Of a stretch of 64,000 nt of DNA, positions 34,963-48,538 are shown one piece after another. The translations under genes were made by a program, and so were the position numbers. The stretch lies in assembly GCA_010015805.1 (NCBI GenBank), contig ML978126.1, positions 434,001-498,000 on the forward strand. The letters are read 5' to 3'. Under the pieces are notes generated by a model. It saw only the letters and a program-made list of their open reading frames with translations. It was not told the origin of the DNA and made no database searches. Origin of the DNA: Rhizodiscina lignyota. Its lineage: Eukaryota. Each line of letters starts with the position of its first letter. The stretch's first letter is position 1.

Positions 34963-37900
34963 ATGACTGACATCGTCACCGACTCGGGCGTCAGCCAGTC
35001 CGCCGGCCTCAATGGCCATGGGGACGAGCCCGTCGGGCGGGACCAAATTCACCAGCGCCTCAGGGCCAACAGCACAATCATGCACGTGAACAAACTTCTA
35101 GGTAAGCCTCTCCAGCTCCTTGACTATTTTTAATCATCTTCCGGCATCAATTGAGCCGTCCATTCCATTTTGAAACCTCCGTAAATACACCCCCGCAATG
35201 CTAATACCCTGCCTCCCTCATAGTTGCCAACCGCGGCGAGATCCCGATCCGTATCTTCCGTACCGCACACGAACTATCACTGCAGACTGTTGCCGTCTTC
35301 AGCTATGAGGACAGACTGGGCATGCACAGGCAGAAGGCCGACGAGGCGTATGTCATCGGCAAGAGGGGTCAGTATACGCCTGTGGGAGCATATCTGGCAG
35401 GGGACGAGATCGTCAAGATTGCACTCGAGCATGACGTAAACATGATCCATCCGGGCTATGGCTTTCTCAGTGAGAATGCAGAGTTTGCGAGGAAGGTGGA
35501 GAAGGCTGGCATAATTGTGAGTACGGCTCTTCTTGACGGACGCATGGCAAGCTACACAACGATTGGGATGGAACACTGCGGATGTCACATGTCATCATTC
35601 TCAAAGAACCTCAATTTGGAGAGAATGCCGACAATACATCTCTTTCATCTTGTGGGAGGTCCATATAACTAATCTGGACATTAGTTCGTTGGTCCCACGC
35701 CAGAAACCATCGACGCCCTTGGAGACAAGGTCTCTGCTCGCCATTTAGCGCAGAAGTGCGACGTGCCATGCGTCCCCGGTACACCAGGCCCAGTCGAGAG
35801 GTATGAGGAAGTCAAAGAATTCACAGACCAGTACGGATTTCCCATAATAATCAAAGCTGCCTTCGGCGGAGGAGGCCGTGGTATGAGAGTCGTCCGCGAG
35901 CAGTCAACCCTGAAAGATTCGTTCGAGCGAGCCACCTCCGAAGCCAAATCGGCATTCGGGAACGGCACAGTCTTCGTCGAGCGTTTCTTGGACAGGCCAA
36001 AGCACATTGAAGTTCAGCTGTTGGGTGACAGCCATGGAAATGTGGTCCACTTGTACGAGCGTGACTGCAGTGTCCAGCGCCGTCACCAAAAGGTTGTCGA
36101 ATTGGCGCCCGCGAAGGATCTGCCTGCAGAGACTCGCGACGCCATTCTAGCTGATGCAGTGAAGCTGGCCAAGTCTGTCAACTACAGAAACGCGGGTACG
36201 GCTGAGTTCCTGGTGGACCAGCAGAACAGATACTACTTCATTGAGATCAACCCCCGCATGTGAGTGTCCGCATCCTGCAACAACGCATTGAGTCTGATAC
36301 ATGAGCAGTCAAGTCGAACACACAATCACCGAAGAAATCACCGGCATCGATATCGTGGCAGCCCAAATCCAGATCGCGGCAGGCGCTTCCCTGGCACAGT
36401 TGGGTCTTACCCAAGACCGCATTTCCACTCGTGGATTCGCTGTTCAGTGCCGTATCACCACGGAAGACCCAGCCAAAGGCTTCCAGCCTGATACCGGCAA
36501 GATTGAGGTCTACCGATCTGCGGGTGGTAATGGAGTACGTCTCGATGGAGGTAAGAGAACTACTGGGGCAAACATGAATTCTGGGCTTGTGCTAATTTGT
36601 TCCACGTAATCTAGGTAATGGATTCGCAGGCGCTGTCATCACGCGTATGTACCTCTTTCCTTTTCTTCATTGAACGCCCGTTGAACATTCACTAACGATA
36701 ATAATAAAAAAGCCCACTACGATAGCATGTTAGTCAAGTGCACATGCCATGGCTCAACGTATGAGATTGCACGTAGAAAGATGCTTCGTGCATTGGTCGA
36801 ATTCAGAATCCGAGGTGTCAAGACCAACATTCCTTTCCTTACAAGCTTGCTCACACATCCGACGTTCGTTGAGGGCAACTGCTGGACTACTTTCATTGAC
36901 GACACTCCAGAGCTGTTCTCGCTCATTGGCAGTCAGAATCGTGCTCAGAAGCTTCTCGCTTACCTTGGCGACCTCGCCGTCAACGGAAGTCAGATCAAGG
37001 GCCAAATCGGCGAGCCGAAGTACAAGGGTGAGATCCCCGTACCGAAGTTGATGAACCATGAAGGCAATGAAGTCGATATCTCCAAGCCATGCGAAAAAGG
37101 CTGGCGTAACATCTTCGTCAAGGAAGGACCGGCTGCGTTCGCCAAAGCCGTCCGAGCAAACAAAGGCTGCCTTATCATGGACACAACATGGCGTGATGCC
37201 CATCAGTCTCTTCTCGCAACGAGAGTGCGTACCGTGGATCTGTTGAACATTGCCAAGGAGACGAGCCATGCGCTCAGCAATGCCTGGGCTCTGGAGTGCT
37301 GGGGTGGCGCTACCTTCGATGTGGCGATGAGATTCTTGTACGAGGATCCTTGGGACAGGCTGAGGAAGATGAGGAAGCTGGTGCCGAATATTCCTTTCCA
37401 GATGCTCCTTCGTGGCGCCAATGGAGTAGCCTACTCCTCTCTTCCCGACAACGCTATCTACCACTTCTGCGACCAGGCTAAGAAGGCCGGTGTCGATATC
37501 TTCCGTGTGTTCGATGCTCTCAACGATCTCGATCAACTTGAAGTCGGTATCAAGGCAGTGATCAAGGCCGGTGGTATTGCTGAAGGGGCTCTGTGCTATT
37601 CAGGAGATAGTGGGTCTTCCTGATTCTTGATTTGCTCACTTGATTTAATATTCTGACCCCGGTCTCAGTGCTGAACCCGAAGAAGAAGTACAACTTCGAG
37701 TATTACATGAACCTCGTCGACAAGATGGTCGACATGGGCATTCATATACTGGGAATTAAGGACATGGCTGGTGTGCTGAAGCCTCAAGCGGCCACGAAGC
37801 TTGTGGGCGCTATCAGGAAGAAGCACCCCGACCTGCCGATCCACGTCCACACACACGACTCTGCCGGTACCGGTGTGGCTTCAATGGTGGCCTGCGCTCA

Positions 37901-39136
37901 GGCTGGTGCAGATGCGGTCGACGCTGCGACGGATAGCATGTCGGGCATGACCTCTCAGCCCAGCATCGGTGCTATCGTTGCTTCCCTGGAAGGCACTGAA
38001 TGTGACACTGGTCTTGATGCCAATGAACTTCGTGCCATCGATAGCTACTGGGCACAGCTCCGCCTGCTCTACTCTCCCTTCGAGGCTGGTCTCACCGGAC
38101 CCGACCCAGAAGTCTACGAGCACGAGATCCCAGGTGGTCAGCTCACCAATCTCATTTTCCAGGCTTCGCAGCAAGGCCTCGGGGAGCAGTGGGCACAGAC
38201 TAAGAAGGCTTACGAGCATGCGAACGACCTTCTCGGAGACATCGTCAAGGTCACACCCACATCCAAGGTCGTCGGTGACCTTGCGCAGTTCATGGTCGCG
38301 AACAACCTCACCGAAGACGAAACCCGCAAGAAGGCCGAGCACCTTGACTTCCCCTCATCCGTGCTTGAATTCTTCGAAGGCCTCATGGGCCAGCCGTACG
38401 GCGGCTTCCCCGAGCCTCTGCGCACCCACGCCCTGCGTGGCCGCAGAAAGATGGACAAGAGGCCTGGTCTGTATCTCGACCCCATCGACATCGACAAGGT
38501 GCGCCAGGAGCTCAAGGATAAGTGGCGCCACATCTCGGAGACGGACGTGTCGAGTTACATGATGTACCCGAAGGTCTTCGAGGACTACCGCAAGTTCATC
38601 GACAAGTATGGCGACCTGTCGGTTCTGCCGACGCGCTACTTCCTCGCGCGGCCGGAGATCGGCGAGGAGTTCCACGTCGAGCTAGAGAAGGGCAAGGTAC
38701 TGATCCTGAAGATGCTGGCGATCGGCCCGCTGAGCGAGCAGACGGGCCAGAGGGAGGTGTTCTATGAGATGAACGGCGAAGTCAGACAGGTTACTGTCGA
38801 CGACACGAAGGCTGCTGTGGAGAATAAGAGCAGGCCGAAGGCCGATCCGACGGACACGAGCCAGGTTGGTGCGCCGATGAGCGGTGTGGTTGTTGAGATC
38901 AGAGTGCATGATGGCAGTGAGGTCAACAAGGGAGATCCTATCGCGGTGCTGAGTGCGATGAAGATGGTGAGTTCCTCCCCGTGGTACGACCGCTGCGCAG
39001 AGTGATCAGAAGCTAACTTGCGTGATAGGAAATGGTGATCAGCGCAACGCATTCGGGCAAGGTGGCTTCGCTCGGAGTCAAGGAGGGCGATTCGGTCGAC
39101 TCGCAGGATTTGATTTGCAAGATTACGAAGAAGTAG
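34963..39136 (+). CDS. PYC1: Pyruvate carboxylase
   Basis: [51 protein letters not shown] and the AMKM biotinylation motif; multi-exon with a 30-nt exon at 36615-36644. Confidence 0.99.
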
Positions 39137-40576
39137 ACTGCTTTCTTGGGCGCGCGGTGTGGTGAATGTTCCTTCACCTCAGGCTTCGAGAATAGCTTGT
39201 AGTCTCGGCTGGACGGTTATCGTACTCCTTGGGCAAATACTAAAATGGCGAATGGTAAATTGAAGTACTCATGAAAATATGATATTGCGTTTTATCTCCG
39301 GCTTGAACGTTTGTCGACGCGCTTTTTTGACTTGATTTTAATACACTTCAACGTAACATATGTGATTGGTCACAGGAAGCTGTGTAGGTGCTCAATATAG
39401 GTACTTCGATACTGAACAGTATTACATGTCCCCGCTTTAGTTAATATAGGTTGTGCTCGAGAAAGCTGTACGTCCTTGATATATACGGTCCGAAGTATAT
39501 CAAACTGTCGTTTCAGCGATGCTCTCGCTTCTGTCGAAGAGAACTGCTTGTTGAACTTGTCAAGCTCAACTGGGTGTCACACTCGAGCATCTCAGACACA
39601 CTATTAAAGGCTGCCTACTTTGATACCTTGATACGAGCATGACGGCCCACTCCGGTATAGCGTGGGCGGCGACTTGGGCAAATGCTCGCTCGCGCGCCAA
39701 TCAACGGGCGCGTTGGCGGTGAAAGCAAAACACCGAGCGGGCATGAATCGCAAGTGACAGCACAGCGACGACCAGGATGCTTTGTTTACCACTCGTTGCG
39801 CTCTGCTCATGTACCTTGCATACTGAGCAGCCAGTCAGCAAAAGTGTGTCGATAGCTTAATCGCACTGCATCCTCTCTCCCATCAGCAGTGCTATTTATT
39901 TAATGTTGCCTTCGCAACGGGGTGCATGGTACATCTCGCCCGTCCCGCGCGCTCATCTGCATCCCGCATTCGCGCCTTCCTTGCTCGTGCGACTCGACGT
40001 CGTCGCCCACCTCCAACTCGCCGTCAGCTCGAATGCTGCCGACAACACCTTTGGAGAGCCCCTACACTTCGCCAGTACCTGTCCACCGCGAGAAGCGACT
40101 GCTCTCGTGCTCCGACGTCGAGAATCCCCCCGCTCTGCGAAGTGGATAATCTCCGGTAATTGCGAGCTCGAAGCGCGACGTAAGGGACGACGACCAGACA
40201 TCCCCACAGCTCGAGAGGCGTAAAAAAGCACTGGCAACTTGCAGCACTCTCGCCTTGCACCTGTGAGTTCCCCTTCCGCAATTGGCTCCCTATCAACTCG
40301 CAAAAGCCCGGGCTCGCTGCGGTGGAAATCCTTCAAGACTCAAGCTAATATCAAGACCGCAGGAATTCTCGAACTTGTCATAATTTGGCCTCACCGCTCT
40401 TTGCTTTTGCTTCTCGCCTTGTACTTAGTTCCGACCAACGAATAGCAATTATCCCGCCTCCGAAACTTCAATTTCGACATTACTTCGAGCATTGGCAACC
40501 ACACCATTTATACACCTCGCTTGCGTAGACGTTTGGTTCCTTTGGGGAAGGTATTTTCTTCGAAGAATCCAGCACC

Positions 40577-42998
40577 ATGGCTGGCCACGCTGGGAGCATG
40601 AATGGCTCCATTGACCCAGATACAATATACACGAGGCAAGCTGTGATAGGTAGCGGTAGCTTTGGGAGAGTCTACAAAGGGTATATGACCTACATGTCCC
40701 CTTCAATCATAGTTGACTCACGTCTCTAGTGTGGACAAACGTACGGGCCAAGCTGTTGCTATCAAGATTATCGACGTCGAGGCTCAGGACGACGAAGTCG
40801 AAGATGTTATCCAAGAGATCGCTATCCTGTCTGAATTGAACTCGCCATATGTCACAAAGTACCATGGATCATACCTGAAAGGCTCAGAGCTGTGGATTGT
40901 AATGGAATACTGTGCCGGTGGTAGCTGTAGTGATTTGTTGAGGCCTGGTCTTATCCCGGAGGACTACATAACGATCATCGTACGCGAGCTTCTCATGGGA
41001 TTGGACTATCTCCACGGTGACCACAAGCTCCATAGGGATATAAAGGCTGCGAACATCCTCCTCAGCGCCAATGGCCAAGTCAAGTTAGCCGACTTTGGCG
41101 TCTCTGGTCAGCTCTCCGCAACGATGACCAAGAAGAATACTTTCGTCGGCACGCCGTTCTGGATGGCACCAGAGGTCATCAAGCAGTCTGGGTACGACCA
41201 TAAGGCCGATATATGGTCTGTCGGCATTACTGCGCTTGAACTAGCCATGGGCGAACCTCCTCACAGCGACATCCATCCCATGAAAGTTTTGTTCCTGATC
41301 CCGAAGAACCCTCCTCCACAGCTACAAGGCGACTTCAGTAAAGAGTTCAAGCATTTCATAGAGTGTTGCTTGCGGAAGGAGGCAAAGGAGAGGCCATCGG
41401 CGAAAGAGCTGCTGAAACATCCTTTTGTTCGAAAAGCGAAGAAGACCACATACCTAACCGAGCTGATCGAGCGCCATGAAAGATTTATGGCACAGTACCA
41501 TCCCAACAAGCAGGAACGAGACGAAGAAGAAGCAGAGCAATCAAGGAGCATCCCACAGTCGCCAGAGAATGAGGATCTTTGGGACTTTGGAACCGTGAGA
41601 CCTACTCACGCAGGCAGACCGCCTGCTCTGCAAGTGATGAATGATGCGGGTACAAATGCTCGCAGCCGCACGTTTTCTGGTGGCGAAAAGCTCCTTTCAA
41701 AAGATAGTCTTGCTTCAAAATCTTCACGGTGGAACCGCTCGCAAGAAAACAGCAATGGCCCGTCACCGCCGCGCACTGCTCGCCTCAGGCCTACGGCGCA
41801 GTCAATGCCTGTGACACCGCCAAGGAGGCCGGTGCAGCCGTCACCTACGAAGGTTCCTCTTCCACCGTCACCTGAGAAAGGACATGACCCAAGTCACGTG
41901 TTACAAAGCCCAGTGCCCGGCGCGTCTCCTGGGAAACAGCTTCTAAATGAACAGCAACAAGAAGGGGTCAACGCCGTCGAATTTTCAGACGACTTTGATG
42001 CGTATCTTCAGAAGAGCATCGCCGATGATATGGCTGCGTTGCAGATAGGCTCACCCTCGTTTTCTGCACCAGAATCGGCGCCACGTCCAGCGGCGCAGGC
42101 ATCAAAGTCCGCAGCACCGCAACTGGGCACCCCCATCCACCTGCCGCCTGCCCAGCCATTCTTTGGCCAAAGGAAGGATTCGAAAATACTAGAACGGCCA
42201 GTGACGCCTCCACAGCAGCGGTATCCGCAAGAGAGGCGGCTGCCGTCAATGGAGGAGCAGCGTCCGCTTCCTCCGTTCATACCGCCGACGGCGCAACTTC
42301 AAGCTTCGAGAGATACATCGACTCAACGTCAAGTCTCCCCCACACGGGCGCAGGAGCCATCGAAGTCGCGTGACGCGCAACAGCCCTTCGCGCCAGCAAC
42401 ACCGAGTGCCCAGCTCATGGCCAACTGTGATTCCCCGTTCACCGCCTCGCAGAAGAAGACCGCGCTACAAGTCCCTCCGAAGGGCCAAGCGCCACAGCAA
42501 CAGCAGTCTTCTGACATCACCGCACTCTCCAACGTCCTTCTCCCCGCCCTCGAAGCCGCACTGAACCGTCGCTCCGAGAACTTCTTCCAGTTGCAGAAAG
42601 CCGCAGCATCATCGACCTCCTCTGGCCCCTCAAACTCGCTCTTCTCCTTCTCCTCCGGCTCGCCATCCAAATCCGCGTCATCGACCGCATCCTCCTCACC
42701 AACAAAGTCGGCCTCAACGCACAGCTCGACAACGCCCTCGTCCGCATCGTCGACGAACTCCGCGACCGCAAGTGCTCTCCAGCCGCAGAACCTCTCCAAG
42801 TCGGACCTGAAGGCGCTCAAGGACTCGCACGACCAGATCCGCAAGCTGGTCAACAAGATGGCGCACTATCTCAACGAGATCGACAAGCTGGACGCCAGGG
42901 CGCCCGGCCCCGTGGGCATGGGCCAGAATGTAGGCCCATTCCTGGACGGGTTCCTGGAGGAGGTGCTTGTGAGGGTTGATGCGCAGCCTCGTGAGTGA
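40577..42998 (+). CDS. Ste20/GCKIII (MST/STK24-like) serine/threonine kinase
   Basis: Exon 1 carries [10 protein letters not shown] (ATG 40577, intron ~40682-40729); [22 protein letters not shown] and [17 protein letters not shown]-terminal helix [13 protein letters not shown]. Confidence 0.95.
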
Positions 42999-45900
42999 TG
43001 ATTAATGCCTGCTCTGCTTTTAAGAGCCATGTGCAAAAGTGTTGGTTCTGGGGATGACGAGAGGAAGAAGATTAATGATTTTTGGGTTTTCACGATACCA
43101 CAATTGGTTTTTTGGTTTTTTCATTTGTTTCTATAGATTTCTACTACCCGACTAGTGCAGTCGGATGAGAAACGGCTAGTATATCTTATTAGGGCCTTCG
43201 AAGGCCAGTGAAGAATTTTTGTAGTTGGGAATTCAGACTACATTGTAAAAGCATTTGAATGGATTATGGATTTATCCGTACCACGCTCTACCCGTATCCC
43301 ATGTGATGCTTCGGTAATGCTTGGGTCTGCTGGATTGCCGCAGACTTTAGCCAGGTATCAGGAGGCTTCCACTCTTGCGAGATTACGCCGACGCTACACC
43401 TGCCTAAACTGGTACAGCCAGGCACAGAGTAATGGAAGCTTCAGCACATTCTTCCAACTACATGCAGTGGATCCTAGGTTGAACGGAAGCGGTGTTCGCT
43501 CAATAGTCTGGATCTGCTTCGCCGCAGTCAACTCCTCGCGTTACGCACATGTATTTAATTTTTTGGGGAGGGGAAGTCTGAAACCGAAACTTCACAAGGT
43601 TCTGAAGCTCTACAAAATGAGTTTCAGGAGGAATCAACTTGCCGTCAGATGAATGCTTTCGATATCTGTCCTTCGGATTTGCCGAGTGCGCGTATCAGAA
43701 TCTTACGGAGTTGGCGTCCGCGAGACTTGCGGGATTCCGAAGCCGTCAAACTCAGTTCAAACGGTCCGCCGTAAACTCGGGCCCCGGCAGGCGGCGATCG
43801 CCACGAGTGCGCCTGCGGTGAAGCAAACGAGCGTTCACACTCCCAAGCTCCGGGCGACGTTTTTCGGCGTCCTGGCGTGTCCCAAGGCCGGTGTGGCTTG
43901 ACTGGCCCGACGTCTGACAGGGGAAGAGACCCCTGGCGCGCTCCGGGATCGCGCTGGTAACGGTTCTCCTCAGCACAGCCGTTGACACACGTGCGCAGCG
44001 CCCAAGCGCGCTTGCTGTTCTGGCTCGTGGTTTGACGTTGCAGTCGCATTCTCGCAGACGTGGGTAAGAAAGTGGGAAAAAAGGAGTGAGAAAAAAGGGC
44101 GGCCGACGATACGAGCGCACGCATGAAACTGGACACTTTTACGGAGAATTACTTAGCAGTTGGAAGGGATGGAGCTGTCATCTCGCGGATCCCGCATTCT
44201 GAGCTTTTACGTGCAGCTTGCTGTGCCACTTGCTGCAGATGTGGCAGTTGAGCGGCTGGCTTTTCCTGAAGCTATGACCTCTCTGATGTTGATGCCAGTT
44301 GGAGTCGCAAGAGGCTACGGTAGCGCAGGACGAGCTCCGCGTCATCCCTCAGCCTCGGCTCGTTCCTGATCGCGCCACACATCCTACGCATCGGAAGATG
44401 ACATAATGGTCCCGTATGATATGAGCGGGCGTGGCCGGGCAGAGCAGGTTCATTGTCGCGCGTCTTGGAATCATGGCGAAGGGAACGAGCATTTATTAAG
44501 ATTGTCTGTTAATGCTCAGGTTCAGCTTGATTGGCACAGCTGATTCTGATCGCTGGGATAGCGATCAGCGCGCTCGCTGCAGTTCCCAGCCTTATGCATC
44601 CCGGCATGCCTCGGGAAACGTGGGCAGCCTGTTTTTAGGATTCTAGCGTACCATACTAACGAATGAGATCGCAGGAACAGGGCAAAGTTGCCAGGAGCTG
44701 CTGACAGTGTGGAAACATAAGAGGTGAGACGCCATTCGAGGCTGATGACGTCGGGCGAGGCGCGACATTCGGCAGCGACAGAATACTCTACCTGCAAGGC
44801 GAGACAAGAAAAAGGTACCGCTCCGCTTATGAGATGCTATTAGTGTCACGAGCACTGCGTAGCGCCCTGAGGAGAGCGGTCGGCATGCCGGTGCGGAGCG
44901 CTTCGGCTGTCTGAAATGCTGATTTGATGAGCAAAGTTGGGTGGGCTCGAGAGGATTGCACACCGGCGACAAGACGTGCAGGGTGGAGGTGCTGCGCCAC
45001 CCTTGGGACATGTACGATCGCACGGTGATTTGTGGTACGCGAGAGCTGCGTCAAGAGTCGTTTAGTAGTGCACTTGTTGGTGGAGTGATGACGCTTTAGT
45101 ATGAATGGAGGAGCTGGAGCCGCCGACTGCTGTTTGGGGAATCTTAGCAATCGCATTTGCTGTGTGTTCGTGAACACAAGAGGCTCTGCAATGCTGCATC
45201 GCGATTAGTGACAGTTTGTGAGATGGCTCGAGCACTCGTAGTGGCGGTTCTTGTTTCTTAATCGGCGTGGCAGCTCTGATCTCATGCGGCGAGTGAGTCG
45301 GAATCTGCAGCCACCGCGGTGATGCTACTCCGAGCTCTCTCGTCTCTCTTCGAAGGCGTCTAAGGGCGTGTCGCAGAGTGCTACCCCTGCGGCAGCTACC
45401 TCGATAAAATGCCATTGGTAAGCTGGAAAGAGTGCCGGGCTGGGAAGACCATGCTCAGCTATTCGTGCAGAGGCCCCCGCAAGTGGTAACGCCATGTTCG
45501 CTTGCAGGAGCGACTTGTGGTGAGGCTTACGGCTGGACATGGAAGAGGGCAGAAAAACCAAACGGCAGCCACATTTTGCGGAGACCGGCGCAGCGAGCCC
45601 AAACATCATCGTCTCTGAGCCGTCCCGCGCAGCTCTCTCCTCCTCGCATCTCGAGACTCGATCGCGGAACACTTCGCAGGGCGACGCGTTCCGGCCGTCT
45701 GCAGTGATCCTCGCCCGAACGACGCTTGGGGTGTGGCAGTTGCCGTCCTCGCCCCGCCCGCCCATCCAGCGCTTGCTGTTCGTCGATCGGCATCGCCCTC
45801 AAGTCCAGCCACAGCCTTCGTCATACCGCGAACTGAGCAGCCATCCATCGCCGTGCTGTCGCTCTCCATCATCGCAGCTCCAACTTCTTCGACTCCTCTC

Positions 45901-46564
45901 CTCTTCCATGCTGCGCGATTCGAATCGCTGATTCCGCTGCCAAACGCGCACTCTGTCGCCGACTCAGGCACACCACGCCGTAGCAAGTGCGGAAAAGCCT
46001 GACTCCAGTTCAGCCGGCCCAGCCCAGCGCCTCTTGCTTTTGCCTGCCTTTGCTTGCCTTGAGAGCTTGCCTTGAGAGCTTGCCTTCCACTCACCCCGCC
46101 GATCGTCGTGAGCTCTGTTGCACGCGCTTGCAGTGTGTCGTTGTCGCGCGCGTCTTTGCGGCTCTCTGTGCCTGAATATCTCGACGTTGTTGATATCCAT
46201 TCAGCGTTCGCCACCGCGCCAGGACTCCGTCGCCACCATTGGCATCGCCATCGCAACGGTAGCGCGTCGTCCTGTCGTGTGAGTACACTGCAAGAGCTGA
46301 AGCGCGGTGGAGTCTGTCGGGCCGTTCAATCATTTCAAGGTGGTGGATGGATATCATGTACACGCAAGGTTCGTTGTCGTCCCATTTCGCCTCTCGCTTC
46401 ATTGCTCGGCCGGCATCGCGCCTTCCCTTCACCAGCATGCGCCACACCACACCTCCCCTCGCTCCATCTCACATCAACTCGTCCTCGAGCTCTACTCACC
46501 TCTTTCGCCGTGCAGTTGTCGAATCGCATTGGCAAATGTTCTAGATTAGCTGCGCGCCACGTTC

Positions 46565-48538
46565 ATGGCAGCATCTACTCGAGCAGTAACTCCCACGCAC
46601 ACAGGCATCTTTGCCCCCAATACTGTCGCTCCCGATACTCCTACGTCCATCTCGTCGAATCCACAAGCTCTAGCTGCCCAGTATACCGAAGAACGTCCGC
46701 AAACGCAGCTGACTCCCATAGTCGCAAGTACCACGCTGCGCGACTCCGCATCCCCCAAATCGCCCCGCACTGTGTTGTCTTCTGTACGCGCTCCTCCGCT
46801 CACTGGGGCGGCTGCGATGGCAGAGCAGCGACAGCTCCGTGAGAAGCAACAGAGAGATAACGCGCGCATCACAAGTCCAAATCCCGCCACTGCAGCGATG
46901 CAGACGCTGCTTGACCGAGGGATGAGTGCCTCGAGCGATACACCGGCTGCGGTGACAAAGTTGAGCGAGCCGCTTGCTAAAATAGCTAAAAATATCTCAA
47001 TCCCAAAGGAAACATCCAATGATCCTACTCAAACTAGTCCAATAAGCATGTCGAGCTTCGGTAGCCTTGACACTACGACCGCGCCCACTGCGACAGCCAT
47101 GGAGACTACAGCCAGTCCTCTTATTCCAGGTACTGCACCACCAAGCGATGGACCAACTCCGAAAGCTTCGGCTCAAGATGCCAAGTCGACAGCTGCGCCG
47201 AATGAGTCTGCTAATCGAGCTTTCACTTTCCCTCCACCTTTAGATCAAGATCCACGATCAACGCCACAGCGGGGCATGTCTCTTCCGATGCCCTACAGCC
47301 ATCAACAGCAGCAGGGTACACCTCAAACTCGCTCTCCGAGCATATCGACAGGGTCTGGATCCGGTTCTACAAAGCGACATAAATGTCCTTACTGCAGCAC
47401 CGACTTTACGCGCCACCATAACCTCAAATCTCATCTCCTTACACATAGTCAAGAGAAACCATACGAATGTCCGACGTGCAACGCTCGTTTCCGTCGCCTT
47501 CATGATCTGAAGCGTCATACTAAATTGCACACTGGCGAACGACCACATACGTGTCCGAAGTGCGGAAGACGGTTTGCACGTGGCGACGCCTTGGCGCGAC
47601 ACGGAAAGGGTGTTGGTGGATGCGCTGGACGGCGAAGCAGCTTTGGCGCTCCAGGGAGCGGTGGTGATGACGGAGATGAAGGCATGGATGGTCTGGAGTA
47701 CAGCGCACACCAGACGGAAGAGCCGGATCGCATGGATGAAGATGAGTCTGTAGAAGGCGATAGGCGAAGAAGTGAGCCTTCAAGAGAGGTACAACATCCT
47801 GGCAACACGAGCGCGAGTACTTATCCCCCGATTCAAAGCAACAGGGCGCTCGGGAACAGCGTTAGGGCCATGTACCCACCTCCGCAAACTTCCACGAACA
47901 CTACAAATACGACATCGAGCTCAGGGCGAGAGCAAAGTGGCCCAAGTCTACCGCCTGGACAAAGCGGCGCCGGTGCCGGTCCAGGTAGTATTCATTTCCC
48001 GCCCCAACAACCACCGGTCTTTGGACAACCTGGCATGACTGAGTCCCCGAAACCACTTTCACCTGGCCAAGAAGGCCAAAGAGGAAGTCTGTCAGAGGCG
48101 AGCATGCCAGGCAGTCGAAGTTTGACTGGCTATACGAGATCACGCGGTTCAAGCTCCGTCAGTCTTCATCCAAACGCGAATCCTCCTCAGCTGCCAAGCC
48201 TTCCTGGACTTACTCCTACACATGGACCGAGCATGCTTCATCAGAGTATGCCTGCACCTGGTCCACCAGGTCCAGGTAGCGGGTCAAATCCTGGCAGCCA
48301 TTCGAGTCACGGCCAGAGCAGTGGAGGCAGCATGAGGGAGGTTCTGGGTGGCGGACCGAGTCAACCCCCAGACGTTTGGGCCGTCGTGCGAGATCTGGAA
48401 GGCAGAATGGCACGCATGTCCGACGACTACGAAAGAAAGATGATGCAGATGAACGACGAAATTGGGTTCCTGAAGGCGCAGCTTAGAGATGCTTTGGGCA
48501 CTGGTGGAAGGGAGCCACCACCGCCCCAGGCGCGATGA
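46565..48538 (+). CDS. C2H2 zinc-finger transcription factor (3 fingers, C-terminal coiled coil)
   Basis: CPYC..HLLTH, CPTC..HTKLH and CPKC..H with SQEKPY/TGERPH linkers; low-complexity flanks. Confidence 0.93.
   Translation: MAASTRAVTPTHTGIFAPNTVAPDTPTSISSNPQALAAQYTEERPQTQLTPIVASTTLRDSASPKSPRTVLSSVRAPPLTGAAAMAEQRQLREKQQRDNARITSPNPATAAMQTLLDRGMSASSDTPAAVTKLSEPLAKIAKNISIPKETSNDPTQTSPISMSSFGSLDTTTAPTATAMETTASPLIPGTAPPSDGPTPKASAQDAKSTAAPNESANRAFTFPPPLDQDPRSTPQRGMSLPMPYSHQQQQGTPQTRSPSISTGSGSGSTKRHKCPYCSTDFTRHHNLKSHLLTHSQEKPYECPTCNARFRRLHDLKRHTKLHTGERPHTCPKCGRRFARGDALARHGKGVGGCAGRRSSFGAPGSGGDDGDEGMDGLEYSAHQTEEPDRMDEDESVEGDRRRSEPSREVQHPGNTSASTYPPIQSNRALGNSVRAMYPPPQTSTNTTNTTSSSGREQSGPSLPPGQSGAGAGPGSIHFPPQQPPVFGQPGMTESPKPLSPGQEGQRGSLSEASMPGSRSLTGYTRSRGSSSVSLHPNANPPQLPSLPGLTPTHGPSMLHQSMPAPGPPGPGSGSNPGSHSSHGQSSGGSMREVLGGGPSQPPDVWAVVRDLEGRMARMSDDYERKMMQMNDEIGFLKAQLRDALGTGGREPPPPQAR

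Noticed and set aside
35517..35683. 167-nt PYC1 intron with a CATTCTC/GAGAATG hairpin
   Set aside because: Only a 7-bp stem and no convincing C/D or H/ACA boxes; within chance.
36754..37536. Long antisense or alternate-frame ORFs over PYC1, CHC1, UTP13 and others
   Set aside because: Shadow ORFs expected from GC3-rich codon usage of the real genes; no recognisable domains.
39134..39202. Cryptic PTS1 by stop readthrough in PYC1, thioredoxin or SDR
   Set aside because: No TGA-CTA context, and the extensions do not end in a PTS1 tripeptide.
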